A stretch of 64,000 nt of DNA from Antedon mediterranea (Eukaryota; Animalia; Echinodermata), in contig NC_092678.1 of assembly GCF_964355755.1 (NCBI RefSeq), positions 12,522,352-12,586,351 of the forward strand, read 5' to 3'. A model generated the notes under the pieces. It worked only from the letters and a program-made list of their open reading frames with translations, was not told where the DNA came from and did not search any database. Positions within the stretch are counted from its first letter, which is position 1, and every line of letters starts with the position of its first letter. Positions 53,302 through 64,000 of the stretch are shown piece after piece. The position numbers and the translations under genes were made by a program.

Positions 53302-54351
53302 ATGAGTTTGTCAACATTGTTAAACATTTTTGCATTTCTGCTATATTCTTCAACATTTCTGCTAAGCATCCAAGCATCCGACAATGATGTGTTACTTGAA
53401 TTTAAACCTCGTGAAAATGAAGATCTATACCATGTCAAAATCCATAATACAACAGGAGACATCTACATAGGAGCCTACAACTCACTGTACAGACTGTCAG
53501 AAGATTTTACTATTATGTATAGTGTTTCAACATGTTCATCGACTAATTGTGATAACAATAATAAAATATTAGAAATTGATTATGATCATGACATATTGAT
53601 CACGTGTGGAGGAGGAAATAACGGAAGATGTGAAAGAAGATCTCTTGTGGATTTAACTTTTGATGGAAGTGATTTAGTTGATAGAATAGTTAGTGAACTG
53701 TCAGGAATTGGAATCATTGCTCCTGGGGTGTTGGGTGATATAACTAGAGATAAAGATATTTTTTTTAAAAGAAATGTTTTATACGTATCATCTGGACATA
53801 CATCATTGAACCCAGTAGAGTATTCTTACATGTCCGTTAATGGTAGAAGAAGTCTGGAAACAGAGCAGTTATTTCAACTGCCTTACTCTGATTTCAATGC
53901 TATAGCACCATTCTATAACAAACCTATACAATTTCAGTCAGCATTTGCTTATCAAGAATACTCTTACTTTGTTGCTTTTAGACCTAATGATACCGATAAC
54001 CTTCATTCACGACTGAGTCGTGTTTGTCAAGAAGGCTCATTCGACACATTATCTGAGATCTACATTGAATGTGTAGTTAATGATGTTAATTACAACTTGG
54101 TACAAGCCATGTCTGTGGGTCCTGTAGGAGCTGACTTAGCCACCTCACTAGGCCTACAAGCTGGAGATAATGTCCTGTATGGAGTGTTTGCTAAAGGCGA
54201 TGGAAGTGGAGTTGCAACTGGACAATCTGCAATGTGTATTTACAAGTGGAATGATATAGAAGATGCGTTTTTCATAGCTTTAAATGGATGTCTTAACGTT
54301 GATAATGATGTCCATACTTTAGACTATGCTGATGATGCTTATTGTTCACAA
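53302..54351 (+). CDS. Plexin-like Sema exon B (signal peptide + partial Sema domain, 350 codons)
   Basis: Intact paralogue of 11921-12991 with the same acceptor and 26-nt UTR (53276-53301) and phase-0 donor TCACAA|gtaagc. No private downstream exons seen. Confidence 0.88.
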
Positions 54352-55784
54352 GTAAGCATTATTATTGTTTTTGCCTTTATATATAATTGATCATTAGTCA
54401 GTAGACATGTGCATTATAATACAGTCTGTTCCACAAGGTCAGTTAATTCTGGTTAGGTTTCCAACCAGTAGGTTAAATGGTAATAAGAACATTTATTTAT
54501 TGCATGTCAAATACCTCACTTCTACATCAACATTACCTGGTTTGCTGTAATCATAAATTAACTATGAATATAATCGTATGAAATTTCTATATTGAACGGT
54601 ACCTTTAAAACCTAAATGTTACATTTGAGAAATGTGCAATGTCGCTTTAATCTCATAGAATAGAATATAATGATAATAGTACACTCGAATATTTCAATAT
54701 TTAGAAAATCTAATAAAACTTTTCTAAATTTTATAAAAGTACATTTACATTTGAGTACAGACGATTCGAAGCATAACAAAGTCGACGGGGATTTTTTCTT
54801 CTAGAAGTATTGGCTACTCTAATAGTAAACAAAAGTGATTCAACCTTTAATAATCTTGATACTTAGAAAGAATTGTTGTGATTTGTTATCTCATTGATCA
54901 AGAAAAGCATTGGTGTATTTTATGATTGCTTAAAATAAGGTTTTTCTCTCTTTACTCAAATTAATTTGCATCGGTACATTTTGAGGGCCTATTGAAAGTA
55001 TCCAATTAAAACAAATTTCAACGAACGTAGCCTATGGCATGTTTTATTGGAAGTGCATAAACATACCATTACGTTGGTCTGTGTAGCAAAACAAACTAAT
55101 TATTTAGACCTGTTTAAAAAAAAATTAGTCGTGTAAGTTTTATAATAGAACCAAAATATTTTTTTTTTCATATTTCATACAACACACAACATGTAATACC
55201 TTATAATAATTATAAGCTTATTTTTATATAAAAACAACACATCATTTTGTTTAAAACGTTACAAACCAATCATTTTTAAATAAAAACAAATACTGTCCCA
55301 ATGAAAACACAAACAAAAACATATTTAGTATCATCAAATGTGATGTAGGCGATCAACCTTTGTGATATCACTTTGGCTTAGATCAACACGACACTGTCCT
55401 CAGTTTGTAAATTCTAGAAAGCGTTATTGATTAAACGAACGTCTTCAACACTAAAGAGATCCAACGAACTTGGTTTCAAATTATACATCGTTTTATTTAT
55501 TTTAAGTTGTTCAATTCATCAGAAATTAAATTGAGTAAAACAACAACAACAAATATTTTATTGTTATTCTTATTTGACCAATATTTATTTTGGCTTCCAA
55601 TTTATTCAAAATGAAAATACTAATATTGATTTAGTGGCGTTTGGAATGCAAAAAGCACTATTGTCAATAAAGCGTACGTGAATTGATATTATTTCAAAGT
55701 TTATAATAACACAAGATGTACGCCTGTGGATAGAGGACATTATCAGCGGTAGTTATTTAAATCTCGTAAACCATTTCCTTCTCA

Positions 55785-57921
55785 CTTTATTAACAATGAC
55801 ATTGAATTAAATAATCCTCAACAAATTGCAACTGAATTCAATAATTATTTTACTAGTATAGGGCCAAATTTGGTTAACAAAATACATGTGTCGAATAATG
55901 ATAATTATACTTCTACCCTACCTCGTCCATGTGTGCACTCTTTCTTTCTTAGTCCTGTAACCGAACATGAAGTTGTCAGTATAATACTTTCCCTCAAAGA
56001 TAATAAATCTCCTGGGTTTGATGGGTTTTCCAATAAAATTATTAAACGTGTTTCTAATTTTATATGCAAACCCTTAACTCACATTTTTAATACTTCTTTT
56101 CAAACTGGTATTTTTCCTGATTCTTTTAAAATAGCTAAAGTCATCTCTATCTACAAGAAAGAAGATCCTCATCTTTTCAATAACTACAGACCAATCTCCC
56201 TACTTCCTTGTTTCTCAAAATTAATTGAAAAAATAATGCATAATCGAATTTCTTCCTTTTTAACTAAACATAACATTTTATTTAAAGGCCAATATGGTTT
56301 TAGGAAAAAGTATTCAACAGATCTTGCTTTATTAGATATTTTTGACAAAATTACAATTGCCCTGAGTAAAAATGAGTTTTCTGTTGGCATTTTCCTTGAT
56401 TTATCTAAGGCCTTCGATACTATTAACCACGATATTTTAATTCATAAACTTTCAAATTACGGTATCAGAGGCCTTCCTTTAAAACTAATTAAAAGCTACC
56501 TTTTCAATCGTGTTCAGTTTACTTCCTTAAATAATTTTAACTCCTCCTATTCCCGTTTAACCTGTGGTGTTCCCCAAGGATCGATTCTTGGACCACTCTT
56601 ATTCCTGATTTTTGTTAACGATATACCAAACAGTTCTAAATTACTAAATTTTATCTTATTTGCTGACGACACAAATATTTTTTTCTCTCATCCTAAACTA
56701 AATATCTTGTTTAAAATTGTCAATGATGAGTTACTTAAAGTTTCAAATTGGCTCAAACACAATAAATTAACTCTTAATACATTCAAAACGAACTATATAA
56801 TATTTTCTAAACGTACAATTTCAAATTCTTTAAATGAACAAATATACATTGATAATAAAATGATCAAACGAGTTAATGAAACACAATTTTTAGGAGTAAC
56901 CATAGATGCCTCTCTGACTTGGAAACTACATATAAATAAAATCAGTAATCTAGTTTCTAGAAATGTTGGAATATTGAACAAATTAAAACATATCTTCCCT
57001 CAAAAAACCATATTAACCCTTTATAATACTTTAGTTTTGCCTTACCTTTCTTATGCCAATTTATGTTGGGCAATTACTCTAGATAAATTTAATACGTTAT
57101 GCCCCTGGACAAGTCTAGAGAAAACTCAAATTGACCGCCTTTTTAAACTACAAAAACGTGCACTTCGGATTTGCGCGGGAGAATCATTTAGAGCCCATAC
57201 AAAATTACTTTTTAAAAGATTTAACGTTTTAAACATTTATGATTTAAATAAATTACAAGTTGCCTCATTTATGTACCGTTTATCTAACAATTTACTGCCT
57301 TCACATTTTAATGCTTTATTTACAAGAATTGACGAACGCCATTCCTATAAAACCCGATCCTCTGTTAACAATTATATCCTTGATAATTTAAATGTTAAGG
57401 CTCGACGATTTTCTATGTATTATTTTGGTCCCAAACTTTGGACTTCACTCTCAAATGAACTTAAACAGAAATCTTCCTTTTCTAGTTTTAAATCTAATTT
57501 CAAACACAAAATGGTGTCAGAATATGCTACATAATTTTTCGCCGATCTTTTATCCTTATTTATTTGGTGGTGATACATGGCATTAAATCCTTCACCCTGG
57601 TATTCAATAATCTCCGCTACATTGTATCGTTATACTTGTTATTATACCATATTTAATTATATTTCATATTGTACTCTAATTGTTATCATTATCCCTTTTA
57701 TCATTATATTATATAATTGCCTGGTTTATCTTAACTTCTATAATTTAAATTTTTTATTTTTTTTTGATTTTATGTACTTTCACTATTATATATTCATATT
57801 TTAGTCTACTCTGTAGCAATGTTAGTATACTTATAGGCATAAGGGAGTCACGACTTAAAGTTCAGTGAACTTCCTGTGACTTCCATCCACCCACATTTAT
57901 TATATGTTATGTAAATGTAAA

Positions 57922-57925
<4 letters not shown>
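55785..57925 (+). mobile_element. 5'-truncated CR1/L2-group (Crack/Daphne-like) LINE with an intact RT ORF (55870-57534)
   Basis: EFNNYFTSIG, YRPISLLP, QYGFR, FLDLSKAFD, GVPQGSILGP, LFADDT, then 3' UTR. Confidence 0.88.
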
Positions 57926-57957
<32 letters not shown>

Positions 57958-58064
57958 ACAAGAGGCAAAGAACATTAATTCCAAACCGCCCGGTGATATA
58001 CTGAAATTTAATTAATTAATTTGAAACGATAAAGATGATGAAATCTGTGAGAATGAGAAAAAGT

Positions 58065-58136
58065 CGCCCCAACCGAGACTCGAACTCGGACCGCCTGCTT
58101 GATATGCAGATGTCCTAACCATTAGACCACTGGGGC
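58065..58136 (-). tRNA. tRNA-like cloverleaf, anticodon ATC (Asp-like; probably mobile-element associated)
   Basis: GCCCCAG/TTGGGGC acceptor stem, GTC/GAC D stem, TCTGC-ATATCAA-GCAGG anticodon arm, CCGAG-TTCGAGT-CTCGG T arm, followed by TTTTT. Confidence 0.65.
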
Positions 58137-58428
58137 TTTCATGGTATTGTTCGAACTCGATTGGATAGCGACTCTTTAACATTCTCGGCGTGGTACGGCG
58201 GAACAGTACTAGTCCTCAGTTGTACGCACGTGCAACAGAGATCAAATTGACACGCCCTCATCTTTCAGTATTTTTATTCACGAGGCGGGATCTCCGAAGA
58301 GATACTTTTATATATATAAACACAAGAGGCAAAGAACATTAATTCCAAACCGCCCGGTGATATACTGAAATTTAATTAATTAATTTGAAACGATAAAGAT
58401 GAGGAAATCTGTGAGAATGAGAAAAAGT

Positions 58429-58500
58429 CGCCCCAACCGAGACTCGAACTCGGACCGCCTGCTTGATATGCAGATGTCCTAACCATTAGACCACTGGGGC
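58429..58500 (-). tRNA. Second identical tRNA-like cloverleaf (ATC)
   Basis: Same sequence, 364 bp away. Confidence 0.65.
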
Positions 58501-58908
58501 TTTCATGGTATTGTTCGAACTCGATTGGATAACGACTCTTTAACATTCTCGGCGTGGTACGGCGGAACAGTACTAGTCCTCAGTTGTACGCACGTGCAAC
58601 AGAGATCAAATTGATACGCCCTCATCTTTCAGTATTTTTATTCACGAGGCGGGATCTCCGAAGAGATACTTTTATATATATAAAAACACAAGAAGCAAAG
58701 AACATTAATTCCAAACCGCCCGGTGATATACTGAAATTTAATTAATTCATTTGAAACGATAAAGATGAGGAAATCTGTGAGAATGAGAAAAAGTCGCTAA
58801 ATTACTAAATTGCAGATCCAAACAGTTTATCTAAAACAATAGGCTATTGTATACGACTTCCTGATGACTCACTCTTATTAAGCACTATGAGACAACTGTG
58901 TCACTTAT

Positions 58909-58981
58909 GTTTTATATTTCACCTGAAGAGTGCGGCCAGCTACATGCTGGTCGTACGAAACAAATTTGTAGTGATTAAAAC
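58909..58981 (+). ncRNA. Type I hammerhead ribozyme (Penelope/retrozyme-type)
   Basis: Stem I TCAC(58919-22)/GTGA(58971-74). Core CTGAAGA. 11-bp stem II GTGCGGCCAGC/GCTGGTCGTAC. GAAA, palindromic stem III ACAAATTTGT, and predicted cleavage after GTA at 58970. Confidence 0.8.
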
Positions 58982-59007
58982 AATGAAGTAACCAAGTTTT
59001 CTGCTGT

Positions 59008-59039
<32 letters not shown>

Positions 59040-59122
59040 GTTTTATATTTCACCTGAAGAGTGCGGCCAGCTACATGCTGTCTAATTTCAGAGACCATCA
59101 ATTTTATTATCCGAGTATCAAC

Positions 59123-62100
59123 ATGACTTGTTCAGGAATATTAATTGTGTTTCTCGTATGTTTTGTAATGTTTCTGACAACATGTCAACAATCTGTCGAC
59201 CCTGTACTTCTTCAATTTATATCATATAAAAATAAAGATTTGTATCACATAAAAATACATAATACAACAGGAGATATCTATATAGGAGCTAAAAACTCAC
59301 TGTACAGACTGTCAGAAGATTTTAACATCATTGCTAATATTTCAACATGTTCATCAGATGATTGTGGTAACATAAATAAAATATTAGAAATTGATTATGA
59401 TCGTGACAGCTTGATCACGTGTGGAGGAGAAAACAACGGAAGATGTGATGGAAGATCTCTTTTGGATTTAACTTTTGATGGAAGTAATTTAGTTGATGAA
59501 GTAGTGAGTAAACTGTCAGCAGTTGGAATCATTGCACCCGGTGTGTTGGATGATAGAGATGATCACTTAATCAGTCAAAATGTTTTATATGTTTCATCTG
59601 GGCATACATCATTTGATCCAGTAGTGTATTCTTACATGTATATAAATGCCAGAAGAGATCTTGATACTGAGCAGCTATTTAGAGTCACTAACACTGAATG
59701 TAATGGTATCAAACCATCTTACAATAAACCTATACAATTTCAAACCGCACTTGATTATGAAGGATACACTTACTTTGTTTCATTTAGACCCAATGATACT
59801 GATTACTTTTATTCACGACTGCGTCGTGTTTGTCAAGAAAATTCATTTCATACACTATCCGAGATTTACACTCATTGTGTTGTAAATAATGTTGATTACA
59901 ACTTGGTACAAGCCATGTCCGTTGGTCCTGTAGGAGCTGACTTAGCTACCTCACCAGGCCTACAAGCTGGAGATAATGTCTTGTATGGAGTATTTGCTAA
60001 AGGTGATGGAAGTGGAGTTGCAACTGGACAATCTGCAATGTGTATTTACAAGTGGAATGATATAGAAGATGCATTCTTCAAAGCCTTAAATGGATGTATA
60101 AACGTTAATAATGATATCCATACTCTAGACTATGCAGATGATGCAGATTGTCCACAAGTATGATAATTATTTTCAAACTTAAATTATTTAGTCTTGTTAT
60201 TTATTGGTGTGGGTTATGCTTGTTTGACCATACTTGTCCAAATTATTATGATTTGCTTTCAATAATAAGATATGTGAAAAAGGTGATTTATTATAATAAT
60301 TGATTTATAGTTAAAGAATTTAATTTAATAATCTACTGTAAAATGTTTTTCCTTGATAATGAAGTCTTTCAGTTTTACTGCTGCTGATATTCAGTCATTA
60401 ATGTGTCCATCAATTGATGGTAGAGCATTGTTCAGACGTTATTCACAAGGCATCTACACAGAAGCAGCAGTATCAGAGGCATTGCTAACAGTTAATGATA
60501 AAATACTGACATCAGTGACTACAGCAATTGAAGAGAATCGAACAATAGCATTTATAGGCACATATAATGGACAACTTATTAAGGTTAGTAGGCCTACAAA
60601 TTGTTTAATTTGAAATTCTGAAAATTGATTATAAAGGTACAGAGACACTTCAACACTTTTTATATCAATATAAAAAGTCTTCACTAAAGAATCGCAAATG
60701 CCACCTAAACAAATAATTGATCATCTTTTAAAACTCACTTGAGGACAAAAAAGACAAAAATGAAATATGATTGTTATGTTTTGTGTATCAATATTGTCCT
60801 TGTCGACTTACTTTATTCAAATTAAAATGAAAGAAAACAAAATTGGTGGGACGATCAACATTCTTTACATGGCCTACTTAGCTCTTACCCTTCCTACAAT
60901 AAAGTTTGAATGAACTAGGTCTTTATATAGGTAAATTTATTCCAAAAAATGTAACAAAACCACGCACTGTGGATTTACAAAATCTGATACGTTCTTATAT
61001 GCATGCATCCTACAACAACAAAAAATATAAAATAATGTAAAAATAAAGATTCAAAATAACAAAAGCCACTTATTTCTGTTGCTGGCAATCTCACGCAAAT
61101 TAATTAAGTCGTTAAAATTATTTATCTTAAAATTTCAGATAAATAAATCATTTCTAAGTGTACTTAACAGATTGGTTTGATGTTTTCCAATTCGCCCTTT
61201 TATTGGATTAGAGTGTACTATACCAAACACCAATGCTGAAAAAGCAGGAGTATCTTCACTCATTCTAAGTATATGGCCAAGCATAGACCACCTAAGTTTA
61301 TTTACATTCTCAGATAAAGGTTTAGTATTTGTTACCAAATATAACTTATTATTGCAAATCTTTTTCAGATATTTCACATTAATAATAGTTCTTAAGTGGG
61401 ACCTATGACAGGTATCAATCAATTTTTTTTCATAACAACTTTGGGAGCAGACCAGCTATTGCAATTATACAATAAAATAGATACAACTAATACATTATAT
61501 AACTTGAGTTTCAAATCAGTTGCAATATTTTTTTAAAGCCACACATTATTAAAGTTGTTAAATGCTACATTTGCTAATATAATTCTATGCTTAACATCCT
61601 TAGTAGTATCTAAAAATGAACCTAAGACCTTATGAGACCTCCATACTTCAGATTTTGGGTCCTTACTATCAATAAACACATGGTTAAACTCAGTCTTGCT
61701 TTCATTAATAAATAAATTCCAATCTTTAAAAACGTTAACAGCAATTGGCAAGACATTATCAAGTTCGATCTTGAGTTCAGAAAGAAAGTCAATATCGTCA
61801 GCATAGGAGAATTCAAGCGGGAAACATTTAATGTCAATTGGTGGATTAGGTCTGAAAGTAGTCATACCTCTTAACTGGTACTAAGCTCCAGCAAATGTGA
61901 TAGTAAAAAAAATCCTGATAAACAATCGCCTTGAAACGAACCTAATACAGATTCAAACGAACTGGAAAGTTTACCACCAACTTTTACTTGTAGTTTGGTA
62001 TTTGACAACATAAACCTAACTAGGCGTATGTCATCGTCAGAACAACCAGCATCGCTTAGTAAACGTAACACAGTATCACGTTTAATAGTATCAAACGCAG

Positions 62101-63805
62101 AAGACATGTCACGTCTAAACCCATTTTGTAGAATTCCCATTTCTTTTGTTTGACTATAGATGTTAATATTCTTTGCGCCCATACAATATCAGCACAGCTC
62201 CGACCTCTCTTATAAGCACTTTGGAAGGATCCTGTATAATTGTTAACGTTTTCCTCAATACGTTTATAAATAATCAATGACATTACTTTGCGAATAACGT
62301 TGCTCAATGTAAAAGGCCTTAGACTTTTACATGGTCCCTTCGGCTTTCCAGGTTTTTGCAGGGGTGTAATTAAACCTTCAGTTATACTCTGCAGATGTAT
62401 ATTTCTTTCAAAACATTGATTAATGATGCAAGCGTAAAGCACATAGACGTCATCACTCACTAGGTCTTTAGTATTTGTTAAATAAGTTGTTTTCTTCCAA
62501 TTTGTCAGGCTCAGTTAACAAACAAAACATCATCTAGAGTGTATGAAACTATCACCATAGATACAGGTCAAGAGGTCAGATCAGACACATTTATAGATGA
62601 AACATCTAATTATATAATAGCACTCACAGCAAAAAAGGTCAGTTTATTCGAATTTTATGGTGGTATGTTTATCCTAATTTATTTTTATTATTTGATTTTT
62701 TTAAATATTTTTCCTGTACATCCACATATAAAGATTATTATTTATTTTATTTCATTTAGGCGTATTTCGCTATTTTTTAAATTCCACAAATTAAAAAAAT
62801 AAAAAGAAAACAAGAAGAAAATGTTCCCCGTCCCTTGTCTAAGCTAAGATGTATAAATGCAGGATTTTTCATTATTTTCATTATTTCATGCCATTCAAGA
62901 ATTGTGCCTTTACGTAAATTGATAATATAGATTACTGTTTATACTTTTGATTAGTTGGTCAAGCTACAAGTTGCAAACTGCAGTTGGTTTATCACATGTG
63001 ATGAGTGTATCAGACCAGGTCAACTAGATGCAGATCCTTATTGTGGGTGGTGTACACTATACAAAAAGTATGTAAAATGTAACCGTTTTTTTGGCTCATT
63101 TATTTGCAGTCTAAATGCAGCTATATTTTTATTTAATTTACTCTCTTTCTATCAAAGTACTGTATTTTTGACATTTTTAATCTAAAGAAAAATGAATTAA
63201 TATTAGAAGCGTTTGAAAATTTTACTTTTTTTTTAGATGTACTAGATTTAAAGATTGTCAACATTCTTCTTGGTTGCCCAGCAACAGTGCACAGTGCATA
63301 GAGATTACAAGTTTAGATCCGCCGTTTATTCCTCAAACCTTTGAAAATATCAGAGTGAGTAAAGTAGTTTACATCAGTTTTCTAAGCTTTTAATTACAAA
63401 AAAAAAGAAGAAATTCATGTTTTTATTAGCTAGCCTAAAACGTGTGAGCACTATATTACGCACTACGACTACAGTCACAATAACCTCAATTCTGGCTTAA
63501 AATCTATACATCATTTTATTTACATTGCAGTGTAACCGTAGCTTATTATATTTTAAAAATTAAATTACAGAATATATTCAGTCTTACTTAAATATACAGT
63601 ATGTAGTATATGCAAATCCATAGCTAAATGTAAATTTTGTATTTGTAGATTTCTCTTTCTGTTGAGCAACTTCCTTCTTTAAACATCAACCAAACTTATA
63701 ATTGTAAATTTGGTGACTTTCAATCATCTGCAATAAAAAATGGAGAAACATTGATTTGTTATTCACCGCCTTCAACACATGTGCCACAAATACCAACAGG
63801 CAATG
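59123..63805 (+). CDS. Plexin-like receptor: Sema exon C plus downstream exons, 3' incomplete
   Basis: Exons 59123-60157, 60365-60583, 62509-62637, 62955-63067, 63237-63354, 63649-63805. Exons 2-6 have the same lengths as in gene A (219, 129, 113, 118, 157 nt) and highly similar peptides. Confidence 0.88.
61060..62462 (-). mobile_element. Decayed RTE-like LINE fragment in a plexin intron
   Basis: Frameshifted pieces LQKPGKPKGP..LRP, DMSSAFDTI, QGDCLS, YADD, LRWSMLGHILRM. Absent from the homologous gene A intron. Confidence 0.8.
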
Positions 63806-64000
63806 GTGAATTAAAATGTTTTTTTTTTATACTTCATATTTATTTAACTAGTGGTTGTTCTCGTATTACACAGATGGTGTGTATTCTCTTCATTGAGCAG
63901 GTATATGTTATTAGCCTCATGAAGAAATAGATTGTCTCACAAAACTTTACAGAAAAGAAATATGTATTTGTTTACCATTTGAAACAAGGGGAAATTATGT

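Larger units (their letters stand above)
57954..58797. repeat. Tandem 364/366-bp unit (2.3 copies) separated by (TA)n
   Basis: CACAAGAGGC/CACAAGAAGC at 57957, 58321 and 58687. Copies are near-identical. Confidence 0.92.

Noticed and set aside
58190-58310. Ribozyme inside the 364-bp unit (CTGAGGA on the - strand; CCCGCCTCGTG)
   Set aside because: I could not build hammerhead stem II/GAAA or an HDV-like double pseudoknot by eye.
58861-58902. Second hammerhead-like core (CTGATGA-CTCA..TGAG)
   Set aside because: Followed by ACAAC rather than GAAAC and no convincing stem I; at best degenerate.
59075-59122. Track start ATG 59075 as the true start of Sema exon C
   Set aside because: It lies in the truncated hammerhead copy, upstream of the acceptor at 59090-59091; ATG 59123 directly precedes the signal peptide.

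Overview
AT-rich metazoan (eukaryotic, intron-containing) DNA. An invertebrate deuterostome such as an echinoderm is my guess, not shown by the sequence. Two plexin-like loci (Sema-PSI-IPT/TIG) face away from each other. Gene A is on the - strand with 11 coding exons (12991 down to 646, running off the left edge). The + strand locus has TWO tandem, intact, signal-peptide-bearing Sema exons (53302-54351 and 59123-60157) but only ONE downstream exon set (60365-63805, running off the right edge), which looks like a variable-exon/constant-region layout. The ~40 kb between the loci is almost all nested transposons: Helentron/DINE-1-like elements (three nested), two Helitrons, Academ-like TIR elements plus an AcademX (XPG) relic, a MULE with an intron-containing but decayed transposase, a MULE MITE, and a near full-length LINE whose AUG-less ORF2 follows ORF1 in frame across a single TAG. 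Between the two + strand Sema exons are an RT relic, a tandem 364-bp unit carrying a tRNA-like cloverleaf, and a sense-strand type I hammerhead ribozyme next to the second Sema exon's acceptor. Exon boundaries were read by eye and cross-checked by phase and paralogue length. No database searches were run.
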